Positions 22,268 to 35,000 of a stretch of 64,000 bases of DNA are shown here, in pieces. A program made the translations under genes and the position numbers. Each line of letters starts with the position of its first letter. Position 1 is the stretch's first letter. The notes beneath the pieces were generated by a model. That model did no database searches and was not told where the DNA came from. It was given only the letters and a program-made list of their open reading frames with translations. Source of the stretch: Eledone cirrhosa (taxonomy: Eukaryota); NCBI GenBank assembly GCA_964016885.1, contig OZ024741.1:393266001-393330000 (forward strand). Reading direction: 5' to 3'.

Positions 22268-22390
22268 TTCATGCCTTTTCCGAAGAGCTTCATTCTTTTT
22301 TCGAATTTCCTCCATTTTTTTAGTCAATAAAGCTTCTCGTTCCTCTTTGGTGAGTATGTCCAGAAAAAGTTCTTTGTCTGCACTCATGTG
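22268..22390 (-). CDS. CCDC9: Coding exon of a CCDC9-like coiled-coil protein (HMSADKELFLDILTKEEREALLTKKMEEIRKKNEALRKRHE)
   Basis: Polypyrimidine tract plus TAG acceptor, GTATGT donor, 123 bp, phase 0/0; aligns by eye with the CCDC9 N-terminus as recalled (LDLKSKEEKDAELDKRIEALRRKNEALIRRYQ). Confidence 0.7.
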
Positions 22391-22525
22391 CTACAGTATG
22401 AGAAGAAAAAAAAGCAAGAAAGAAAATAGTCAGTGAATAGACTGTATATTAAATCCACTTTTCATCACTCACTCAATCACTTGAAGGACATCCCCATGCA
22501 TTCATCACTGTATATATATATAACA

Positions 22526-22562
<37 letters not shown>

Positions 22563-23634
22563 TGTATATATATACATGAGTGGCTATTGTGTGCATAGAC
22601 ATTAAGATACAAGCATGTATAAAGTATATTGTATATAAAGTAATTGTCTTTGTATGATTGACATGTATGCAATTGTCATTCTATTAAAATACATATTAGG
22701 AAAGTGACTTTCAATAGTAAGAAGATATTGATAATTCAAAAGAAAAAGTCATATTAAAAAATTGGGTGTATTATACATACAATTATATTTTTCATTTTAA
22801 AAATAATCATTAAAAAAATCCTTTTTGATGCGCATTTTTAAAGATCAAATATTCATTTAACTTTCTTAAATAACTTAGAATAATAAATAATTGAGGAGTA
22901 CAAAATATTATATTCACCATAAAGAAAAGAAGAATGTTAAAAAAAAAAACTTCATTTCCAATTTTTAACTTCAAATAATATGAGAAGTACCTGCATATTG
23001 ATGTCATCAGGTGAAAGGTGACCAGAACGTAACACGTTCAGCTGGTTTCCTAAAAGTATACATAAATCTATGCTGTCTTTTAAGTATTTGTCTCTCATAT
23101 CAGTCTAGTTTGAGAATCTTCAAAATAGGGTTGATAAATGTGAGTAAACTTGTCGTAAATTCAATCAAAAAGAACACATATGATGATATGTTCAGGGATT
23201 GGCTGTCTGCAGAAGTATTTGACAGAGAAATAAAAACAAAGAAGGCTAGGGGAGGAAGTGCAACTGGAAGAAGAGTGAACTGAAATCAAGGAAAAGGTAA
23301 ATCATGGATTGCTTTAACTTCTCACAGGGGAAAAGTGTAAAAGATGGAACAGCTGTAAACATTCATTACTACTAAATAGGGTGGTGGGGTTAGCATAGAC
23401 TATAGAGGTTCAGTGTTGATATTTTTAATATATATTTTGCACTTCTAAAGCTCAAATACAGTCAACTTTGTATATTATCTTTTATGTTAATATGATAAGT
23501 ACCAATAATAAACAGAGCTGAGAGATTGAATCAATCAGTAATCCCCCTCCTTCCAACCTTCCTAAAAAAAATTTTAAAAGGCTGTATCAATATTAAGATT
23601 AATGAAAAAGAAAAGAAAAGATTTCAAGTTACTT

Positions 23635-23754
23635 CCCTTTAGTATCGACAGATTTACCAGTGATTACTGGATCAACATAATGTATATGAATTCTTTTAAA
23701 GTCTTTATTGTGAAAATATAACAACATATATACAGTAATGTAAATGCTAAAGGG
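23635..23754. mobile_element. piggyBac-family MITE
   Basis: Ends ccctttagtatc and aatgctaaaggg|TTAA match the TIRs of 39311-41962. Confidence 0.55.
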
Positions 23755-23955
23755 TTAAAAAGATGACAGTTATAAATAACTCAAAATTATTTCAGAAAAC
23801 TAAACTATTTTCTTAGAATTTTTAAATATAAAATAAGTCAGCTACAAATAGATTTTTATATTTGATAGAAGACATTTTAAAGTTTGCTGGACAATGAACT
23901 ATAGACTATATTGTCTAAAAAATTTGATTAACAATTTCAGTTGATTGCAATTTTT

Positions 23956-26575
23956 CATCATCATCATCATTTTTATTTCTGTTTTTCCACACTTACATGG
24001 GTCGGACGGGTCCTTCTCAGCATGATCTCTCCACTCATCACATTCCTTCGTAATCTCCTCTATGAGTCTCATCGTTTTGAGGTCACCTCTCACAACTTCT
24101 GCCTAGGATTTTTTTGGTCTATCTCTACTGTGGCTTCCTTCCACTAGCATTTCCTCACCTAATGGTCATTGTCCATACCAACGCAGTCTTCTCTCCTGCA
24201 CACTACCTCAGTCCCCTTAAATGCAGCTTCTCTCTCAACTCATCTAAGCTCTGCCTTTCTCACACATATTGCCCAGTCAACGAAGCATAGTTGCTTCATT
24301 TCTCTCTAGCCTACACATGTCCTCTGCAGTCACAGCCCATGTTTCACTACCATGCAGCATTGCACTTCACAGACATCATAGTTGTCCTTTTGTGGTCAAC
24401 AGTGGGAGTATCTCTCTAAACATATCCTTATTAAAGCTGTTGTTCTCTCAGAGGACCCTCCTCCGTTGTTAATTAAGTCATCTAGATAGCAGAAGCTATC
24501 AACTGTCCTTGTGACTGGAATAGGTTTACATCACTGGCACTCTTCCCCCTCGGTTACCCTTGAGCGTCTACATACAAAATTTTCCTTTCTTGTTAGTCTA
24601 CCCATTATCCCACTACATCTCATGTACATCACAGAGTTTATGCCTACCCCCTTTCTAGATATTAATCAGGGTCCTATCTTCTCTCTTACTCACTAGCACT
24701 TTAGTTTTGGCTAAGTTTACTTTCAGACCATTTGATTCTAAATTCTGTTTCCATAGTTGGAACTTATTTTCTAGTTCTTTAATGGATTCGGCACTTATTT
24801 TCTAGTTCTTTAATGGATTCGGCACTATAAGGGCAGCCAGTCTTAAACTCCTGTTATAGCCAGAAGAACAACAATGAATTGTAGTGGGCTAAAAACAGAA
24901 CCCTGATGAACTCCTACCTGTACCTTGAATTCCTCACTTAACTCACTTCCTACTATCACTTTGCTGACAGCTCCTCTGTACATGGCTTGTACTGCTCTCA
25001 CCAGCTAATTTCCTTAACTCTTTAGCATTTATATTATTCTATATTTACTATTGTATTTTCATGGTAAAAGCTTTACCTCATATAAATATCTCACATAATA
25101 TTGAATCTATCAGATTTTGATATTATTTATTTTGAGAACAATACCTTCACATCAGTATAAGCAGCCAGTTACAACCGGTTTGAACAGAAAGAGGTGAGAG
25201 AATTTGGGCCGAATACAGCCGGTTTAAATGCTAAAGGGTAAAGGACTACTAGATAATAGATCGAGGTACTTTGTCAAAGGCCTTTTCTAAATTAATGAAA
25301 ACTAGGTATAGTGGCTTATTTTTTACTAGGAACTTCTCTTGTAGTTGCCTCACTAAGAAGAGGGCATCTGTAGTACTTTTCCCAGGTATGAAACCAAACT
25401 GCATCTTGTCTAATTTGATTCTTTCTCTAGTTAGTTGTGATATAACTCTTTGCATCATTTTCATAATTTGGTCCATTAGTTTTATTCCTCTATAGTTACT
25501 CCTTTGCCCTTGTATCAATTTATGATTGTAGTGATTGACTAAGCAGGTTACTAATTTGACTCCTACTTCTGATGCTTTTAGCATCTCAGCAACTATCTCT
25601 GATCGTCCCACAGTTTTACCCTTTTCATCTATTTGAATGCGCCTTTAACCCTATAACTATCAACTTCAATGGCTGGCCCTTCTGTTATGTAAGGTGGGGG
25701 TAGTTTCTCTTCTTCCCATTTATTCTCTACATTCATCAGTTTCTCATAGTAACATTTCCAGGCCTCAATGGTTCTAAATGCACTAGTGTCATTTCTAACA
25801 CTTTTCCCCAACAACATCATGATTTACAATGACACATTGCCATGCAATTCGGAACACTTCGCATCTCTGATAATCATGTCACAGGATGTTGGCAAACTTT
25901 CCTTCTACAGCCTCACTCCAAGCTGTGTATACCTGTCGTCTAGCTTCTCTCTTAGCTACCTGGCACCAGTCTCTGCTACCTCCATTTTTCCAGTCTTTCC
26001 ATGCTCGTCTCTTGGATTTAATAGCTCTGTCCACTGTACTGTTCCACCACCAAGTCACCCTCTGTCTGGCTGGTGCTCTACTCCAGTCATAAATCTCATC
26101 AGTAGTTCGCAAAAGGTTGTCACTCAGGAATTTCCTGTTGTCCTCTACATCATATGCATCTAGTTCATCGCCTCTCTCATCAAATGCATCCTGTAGGGCC
26201 TTTCAAAACCTACATTTAACCGAAAAGTCCTTTAGCTTCCAAACTATCATCGCCATATTTTCCTGCATATCTTGTTCTGCCTTGTGCTTATTTTGATGTT
26301 ACTAATAACTATGTTGGGCGGTGCATTCTTCCCCAGTATTTATTACAGTCTGTTTATCTCGTCTTAAAAATAAGTAATGAATTTGGCTTTTGTGTTCGCC
26401 TGATTGATATGGGATCAGGTAACTGGCTGGCTGGTTTCCTGAAATTTTTGTTGCAAATGGTTACTTCTTTTGCATCACAGAATTCCAGGAGCCTCAATCC
26501 CTCTGCTTCATTTCTTGAGCAATAACCACAGCCGCCATGAACTCCACTGAATCCGTCCTGGTACTGCCCGACATT
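23956..26575 (-). mobile_element. Old decayed RTE-PHD relative
   Basis: NYRGIKLMDQ, QFGFIPGKSTTDA, LEKAFD, RVTWWWN and a degenerate PHD near 24560-24660; (CAT)n tail at 23956. Confidence 0.88.
25018..25238 (-). mobile_element. piggyBac-family MITE inserted in the old RTE
   Basis: TTAA|ctctttagcatt...aatgctaaaggg|taaa; its interior is homologous to the left end of 39311. Confidence 0.75.
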
Positions 26576-28049
26576 ACATATGTGAAAGAGAACTTACCAT
26601 ATTTGATTAAATGTTTTTTATATAGCTAAAAGAACACTCAGAAAAGTGGTTAGTGATAGGAAGGGCATCCAGCCATGAAAAACTTGCCAACCAAAGTGTT
26701 AAGACGACTTGTTAGTTGTATTAGGCATGATGACTTCCCAAGAGCTGATGCCACGATAAAAAGCATCCAGTAGACTGAGGAGTGTGGGAATGTATATAAG
26801 CAAGATGCAGTCACTGGCTTGAGAGTGACTCCAACTAAGTACTAACTTGGTCTGTGATGATCAACCCAACTCTTGCGAGCAAGAAAAAAAAAACATGATG
26901 ATGATGATGATGAAAAAAGGCAGTAAACTGGCATCACATTAAATACCTCAATATTTATTTCAGCTCTTTGCGTTCTGAGTTCAAATCCCGGAAGGATGAA
27001 CTCTCGTCTTTCAGAGTCAATAAATCAAGTAACAAACCAAGAGTAGCAGACTGGCTGAATTGTTAAAGAGACAGATGGGATGCTTTTTGATAGCTGCTTT
27101 TACTGTGTGCATTCTGAATTCAAATTCACCTTCCTGTCACCAGAAAATTGCTGATGCTTCTGCCATGTGTCAGGAGTTGTGACTGGTAGATAGTATCAGC
27201 AATGAAAAAAAAAAACAATAAAACAGAATTTCTTTTGTTCAATCTGATGACCAGCTCCCCTCCTTTTTCATTTTTTTTTCTATACCAGAACATAACATTT
27301 TGAAAATTGCATTTTACCCTTCAATTTTCCTTTTCTAAGATTTACTTTAGTGTAATTTTTCAATAAAACTTCTTAGATAAAAAACCACTAAAATTAAAAT
27401 TTCAACCAATATTTGGTCAACACCAACTTAATACTGAGAAAGTTATATTACTAAATCCCTCCAATATTTTGATTATTTTCAAAATTATTTGAAAATCAGT
27501 GTCTTTCAGTAGAAATATGGTCATAAAGGGGTTTAAGTCTGGTTCAAAGAGTTTAATAGTAGAAATGACAACAAATTCAGTAACTTCACCAAAGAAAAGC
27601 TCCATGTGAATAAAAATTACTCATTGCCAATTACTTTATTGCAATAGAAAATAGAAAAATATTGTCACCTCAGATTGTGAAACTTTTTGAACCATAGTTA
27701 AATTGTGTTTTGTAACTGAGCCTGGTCATATATTAATTGAAATTGTATAATTTCAGTGGCTTTTTGTCTAAACAAGGTTTTATTGTAAGATTTTACAAAT
27801 TTTGTATTCTTTGATATGGACATAAGTGAAAAGAAGAATAACGTGGATAAATATTTAAAATGCTTTTTTTTTTTTTTTTTTTTAATTTTCAATTTAAGTG
27901 AAATATTTTGCAAACCTGATCAGCTTTGACCAAACAGACCTATGATAAAAGGCATTCTAGCCATGACTATCTTGTCTTTTCTGGAGGTGTCCTTTATTTT
28001 TTAAGATGATAAATAATATTTGAGAGGGATTTAGCTGCTATTTCTCGCA

Positions 28050-29300
28050 AGTCGAACAACCACATAGAATCTTCCACATTGCCACATCAAACAAATGCCA
28101 TTCTTCTCAGAGAGAAGAATGGCAAATATCTTCAAACAATAAAGATCCTCAATTCACGGGAACCAAATTTAACAGCAATAAGAGAAAACTAAATGTACTA
28201 GTGCTTAGTACATTCTGTGAAGAGCTTGTTCTCTTTTCCAGTTATAGAGGCTGCATTAGTGTGCCAATCATTTGTATTCTTACTACTTTTGTAGCTGATC
28301 ATTCTTAAATGTAATGCATCACTCCTATTTACTTGTAAAACCAGTTGCAAAAAGTACAGTTTTCGCTGCACTGACTTTCAGACTAACTCACTTTAAAGCA
28401 AGCTCACTCACAATGATGTGAAAATCAGCATAGGATAAGGTCAAGAGAGCAACGCGATCAATATAATCAAGGTCTGTAATAAGTGTATCTCAACATAAAT
28501 GAACTCCATGGCTCTCAGAGCGATTGATAACACACTGAATAGGGTTCATGAAAGTGTACAGCCATTTCATACAGCAACCTCATAAACTCTGTTTGTTTGT
28601 TTGTTTTATTTTGGTCAATGTAGTTAAATAGGGTACTATTTAATCAAAGTTGTTTCAGTGGTATGCCATCTGCTTTTATGGTCTCTCTATAAGTAACAGC
28701 AAAAAATACAATTCAAAAACAGGCAGTTGAAATGCCCAACTCACTTCCAGAAAGCATCAAAACATGAATATTTGACCAAAACATATATGGCCAGAACAGA
28801 AGCTACCATGATCAAATATGTGTATCCCTACAATGGCAGAAATAGTAAATGGAAGATTTATCAGTACTTGCCAATCACAGATTTGTTTTCTCTCTTGAAC
28901 AAAAGTAGTAAGATTACTGTATTTTAGTTTTGTGAAAGATTTTCAGTATTTAAATGTCTATAGATCAGAACTAACTTGGATGACTTCAGTAGGGATATTG
29001 TGTTAGATAGGTACCTAATTTCTTTTGGGTTTGGTAATAACTCCCATGATTGCATCTACAACTGGTGAACTAAAGTCAACATGGTAGAGTGACATTGCAT
29101 TTGGTACAATGTCAGTGTGAAGGTTATGATTAAACATAGTATCATTCATAAGCTTAGTGTGGTAATCAGCATCCTATCCACATGACATATTGATTAATTC
29201 TTATTGGCTTGCTTTCTTGTAATCTGACAAGAGTTGTCCTCTATGAAAGCAAAGTATGTTGCATATTAGTGGCTTTGGTCAGTCTAAAATGGCTGTATAA
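28050..29300 (-). pseudogene. Highly decayed non-LTR RT remnant
   Basis: Minus strand gives AV*NGCTLS*TLFS (resembles GVRQGC.LSP.LF) near 28570 and LSYAD near 28430. Confidence 0.4.
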
Positions 29301-31979
29301 TCTGCTGTTTTATTTATTTTTTTTGTTTTTTTTTTGTAATTTTAGATATTGCAATTATTGAGTTTACTTTATTACACCTTTCCATTGTTAAATGGTCATT
29401 CCAAGATGTCATTTGGTAGCTGCAGTGATATAATTGAAAGATGTCCATTCAACATTAGTCTGAAGCTGTAATGCTTGGCTGCCTAGAAGAGAAAATCAAT
29501 TATAAAGGTAAAAACTGACCACCTGGTTGACCTGTAGACAAGAGATCTCCAAGTATTTGGGTTGTGTCTTACAGAAGTTAACACAAAGGTGAGCTTTGGT
29601 TAAAGTGCCAATCATCAATCGAACCTGTTATTCATGATTGCCAAGTACTAATTATGACTGAACAACAAATCTGTATGCAGTTGAGATAGTGTATGTTCAA
29701 CCATTAAATGAGTAGAAAGTGATGAGAATGTTGGAATATCAAGTTTGTTATGAGCTTGTTGGCAAGAGTATCACCATTTTTATAATGGGTAGCAATGGCA
29801 AAGTCCCTCAATATTTATTGTGCACCATCATCTATATATGTTTCAGTTGTAAGCAATATATATGCAGGCATGGCTGTGTGGTTAAGATGTTTGCTTCATA
29901 ACCATATGCTTCTAGGTTTTATTTCCTTACACCATAGTTTCGGGTTTAACAATACTTTATAAGAAGAATTCAGTGAACAAAGATGACACAGAAGCTAGTC
30001 ATATATATTATACACACATACACAATGCTCTCTGAGCAAAGTTGTCATTACTGTCATCATCATAATTGTTATACTTCATCTGTTTTGCACACCAGCATGG
30101 GTTGAACAGGTTATTTTGTCTGTGACTAGATAAATTAGAGAACCAAGTCTTGCTCATACATTCCATATTTTGGCATGGTTTCTACAGCTGAAAGCCCTTC
30201 CTAACACCAACCACTTTATAGAGCGTACTGTGATATCTCCGATACATACAGAGACTGCTTTGTTGCTATGCCATCAGAAATGCAGAAATATAATAACGAG
30301 CCCATTGGAAATTTGGAACTGATGATAGTATTATCCACCAATTTATTTATAAAATAAATAAAATAATTACTTATAAGTGGTGCCTCATCAGGGTTTAATA
30401 CTTCTCTTTCTCTTAGTTCATTTAACTGAAGACAGTAACAAAAGATGCAATGATAGTGGTTATTAACAACCTTCCTCTTAGACATAGTGAAACTGGTTTT
30501 CACTGAAGTACTGAGAAGCAGGTTTTACTACTTAGGGCAGCAAAAGTGGGACAATATTGACCAGAATTGTCTGTAGTATAATAGGAGTGTCTGAAAAACA
30601 TTTTCTGGAATATCAACTTCTAATGACATTGTCCAGCAATCAAACATTCGTTAGACATGTAATATTTACTTCATATTGAAAAAGTGATCTCATCACCAAA
30701 CTACTTCAATCTTGATGTTCCGGCAGGCATTATCAAGGTTGCTTCATAGGAAAATTGATTGGTTCATATAACTTGTGATGCTAAATGAAATGCACACCCA
30801 TATTATATTGATTGACATTATAATATTGGTGACAACATTCTTAGAGTATAAATTTACATTCAGTGTCTTTATGTATAACTGTGTGAGTGTGCTTGTGGGA
30901 TACACACAACATTTTCAATTAAATCCATAACCAACTGTGGTCCATGATTGCTTATTTATCAGCAAAGAGCCAGATGACTTGATACAGTGTAGTTAGTAGC
31001 ATTAGTGAAGATTACTATTCAGTAGAACATATTTACAGTGAAGATTCATGACCTAGTAGTTCATGATTATAGGGTTGTGAGTTTAATTCCCAGATTGTGT
31101 GGTACACTGTGACCATAAACAAGACACTTTATTTCACAGTGCTCTGGAAAACTCACTGGAAAAAGTGAATACCAACGGCAGCAGCTAGAGGTTAACTCTG
31201 TGAGAGACTGGTGTACTCTCAATTGCTTAAATGAGCCAATGGAACCAGGATAAGCACTGGCCTGATGAAACTCTTGTCTTGGAAAAAAATGTTAACTTTA
31301 CATACCACGGAGTTAAAGGTACATCTATCCAAACACCTAGAGACATGCAAGATGACATAATCACAAGACTTAATCAATGGCCCAGTTTAAAACCAATACC
31401 TCTCCATTTGGTACCTTTAGCAGCCCCTACTCCATTGTAACAATTCAAACTAGGTCTTTGGTTTGATAATATTATAACTACTTCCTACTGCTGCACATTA
31501 TGGTTTTTTCTTACATTTTTTCCACATTTATTTAGGTGACCTAACAAAATGCTCATCAGTGAAGCTGTTCACCTCTGACTAAACAATAAAAGAAAAATTA
31601 AATTAAAAAAATGCAAATTATTGCAACAGTTCCTGCCCTTTTGAACTTTCAAATTCTACATCAAATCCATTTAGACCAACTTGCTTTTCTTCCTGTCATC
31701 TTTAGCTCCCTCCCCCATTTCATTCCATTATACAAAGCATTTGTACCCACTGCTAGCCATAACTTTCCTCTGGTCATCAAACAAAACTTTAATCATATCA
31801 ACATCACACAGCTATGACTCCCTCCAAGTTTAGGAAAGCTTCCAATGATCACTGCCTAACCTTCCCAAGTTATAAATAAAATAAAATAAAAATCCAACAT
31901 AAATAGAAACGAAAAGATATCTAAAAAAAGGTTTCTCCTAAAATCTGTCAGAGTTTGAAAATCTTATAGTTAATATTAC

Positions 31980-32072
31980 CTGATTTGCCATGGTTCCTTA
32001 TTTTGTAGAAAGGTCCTTTAAGCAGATGGCCAATAAATCTATGGTGGTTTGTATAGCAGACTCAGTGTTTAC
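31980..32072 (-). CDS. CCDC9: Start-codon exon of the CCDC9-like gene (5' UTR + ATG GCA AAT CAG; CDS 31980-31991)
   Basis: ttattgcAG acceptor, CAG|GTAATA donor, ACCATGG Kozak context, in-frame TAA 9 nt upstream; phase 0 joins exon 22390 to give MANQHMSADK. Confidence 0.6.
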
Positions 32073-35000
32073 CTGCAATAAGCAATAGAAAATATTTTGG
32101 CTTTCAAAATACTTTTATCAAATAATATTGCAAATAGTTACTGGTATTTTGGCATTAAATTAGTATAATTAATATATATATATATATTGATAGGAGGGGC
32201 ATCCAGCTATAGAAAATCTGCCAAATAATATACTGTAATGTAGTTGGTGATAGGAAAGGCATCTAACTAGAGAAAACCTGCCAAACTAAGGGTCAGGAGG
32301 ACTTTTCAGTTGTGTCAAAGATATGACAATCTCCCTAGTGCTAGTGCAATAATAAAATGCATAGGAATATATATAAACAAGATATAGGCCCCTGGTCTAT
32401 CTGAGAGATCAGTAGTTCCACTCGAATACTGACCTGGGCTGTGAAAACCTATCTAACCCTTGCTAGCAGGGAAGATGAACGGTAAATGATGATGATGATA
32501 ATGACTCATTAGATTATTTAAGTTTATAATTTTTGTTTTATAATTCTTTACCTTTTTGATATCAACCTAGTTCTATGAAGAAAAATCATTCGTTTTAAAC
32601 TACTCGTGTTTAAATCTAAACAATTCCAATACAATTTTTTTAAGAACCTTTAGAAATATGGTAGCAAATGGGTTAAAACATTTTCTTATTTGTAATTTTT
32701 CCTATAAATAACAAAATTTGTTTTACGTATTTTCACTACCTCATCCTGATCATAATGATCTATTTTAGATGAGATTAAAAAATGTTGCCAGTGATAATCA
32801 TTACAGATGCTACTTTAAATTGAAATGCTAAATATTTTACCTGTAAGCAATTGTCAAAATATTAACCTTTATATACCGGTATTTTTTTTTAAAGTGACGT
32901 CACTGGTGTTTATGCTAACAGCAGCTGATCATGTTATTGCTACCAGGTAACAGTAAATGTTCCAGGTAGATTATGGTAGGAGAATGGTAAGTGTAGATTG
33001 TGATAGTTAATTGACAATATCTCACCACCGTTTTTTCATTAGAATTTGAGTGAATGTATTTAAAATATGATTTTTTTTTTGGGGGGGGGGGTCATCTAGT
33101 ACAGCAAATATAGCTCAAAACCTACATTTTAACTTGAAAATTTGGGGGTTGTCTTATGTAACCAGCCGCCTTGTATGCCAGCATATACAGTATTTATTCT
33201 ATTAGAAGTTAAAATATAAAAGAATGGAGGAATAGACTCCTTCAATATGACCCCCAATAGACACACACCCCACCCCTACAAAAGAAAAATGAATAATTCT
33301 AAGTCAAAACATATTGAATGCATGACAAAATTATTTCTACCAAAATATTTATGATGGAGTGAGACTAGATGTGTACGTATTTTAAAATATCAGAGCACAT
33401 GTATAAATATGGATGGTTATTTTAATATATTTAGATATACATCCTACCAATGTGCCCATTCACATTATACATAAATGAGAATGAAGGAATAATTGCCAGA
33501 GCTACAAATATACTTTCAGTACTAGAAAAGGATAAACAAAGCATTGCAAAACTTTTTGCTCAAAACAATAAATACTATCTGATATGAAATGAATCAAAAA
33601 TATATATTTCATTGAAATTCATAAATAATAAAATAAAATGGTTTGTTGCAAAGCTCTTCCATCCTTCCCGCTCCACTCTCCTTATACTGTAACAATAACT
33701 AGTCATTATCTGTTGCAGTGAACTTTTCAGAACACTACACTAACAACATGCTGTTCATAGAGCTATTTAAAGCAGTCTGAGATAAGCCTAGTTGTGTTGA
33801 CTCATTAATTTTTTTATCAGTTTCAATTGCTGAGACCATGCCAATAACATGGCTACTAGTCATGGTTCCTCCAAGTGCTACTAATTAAATACCAGATTTG
33901 TACCAGCCATGTATAAAAGAAAGAATATTCAAGATGTTCTTGATGAAACAAAAGTGAGAAATTCATATGTAAAGAAATATACTACTACATTGGAGGAGAT
34001 TAAGAAGTGATTTAAACTAAATTCAATAAAGGCTGATTTTGCTCTCTAATGAAACACTGTGTTACAACATGTATTACAAGACTAAACAAATTTAACAAAG
34101 GTTCTTACATAAAATTATAATAGGTTTGTAGAGAAATATAAACATTTAACAAAAAAGTTCTGTATCATAAAACCAAGGGCATTTTTGATGGTTTGGTATA
34201 CACAGTTTAATGTTCATTAAGTTTTTATAAAACTTAGCAGTTAATATAAAAATAATCCTGTTTTATGGAATATATAAAAAGATTCTAAAGTAACAAGTAA
34301 AGAAAGTATACTAAATAATTTGTAGAATTGCTTTTAATTAGTCTTCTTACTTTATACTAATTACTTCCGTTTTCATTTTTAATGAGGGAATTTGAACTAA
34401 AAGATGTAGCAAATAATATGTGTTTGAATACATAATTATATAAACTATGTCTTTCAGACATTCCTTACAATTAGCAATAACACTGTCTTTTAAACATTCC
34501 TTACAATTAGCAATAACACTATGATCACAGCTTTAAATACTCACACCAAAACTAAATATATGTTTATACACAAACATACTGATGATGTTGATGACAATGA
34601 TAATATTGTTTATGGATCCATATATGACTTTATTCCTTACAATATTATGAAGAAACAAATAAACATTTGCCCTATTACACAAGCTAGTATTTTAATAAGA
34701 ATCATATTTGACAATATTGCTGATATTCTCCATTCTGCTTTATCCAAAGAGATTTGTGCAGAGGTGATCTTCCAAAAGCTTCCGAGAAATTGAAGGATCC
34801 AGAATACATATTTGTATTGTTACAACTCACACTGTAGGTTTAGCAAGCCACCTATGAAGTTCCATATTACAGGAGGTTTTTCAGGTGTTTTTACAAAACG
34901 GCCTCAGTCCTTGTGGACTTCCCATTAGGCCAGGCACTAGTCTGTTGTAGGGATTAAATCCCACCTGCTGATACTGGTAGTCATTTTTTTTTAATCTGCA

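Noticed and set aside
24762-24826. 31-bp direct repeat (also 27 bp at 34459-34520) resembling CRISPR repeats
   Set aside because: Only two units; ordinary local duplications in eukaryotic DNA
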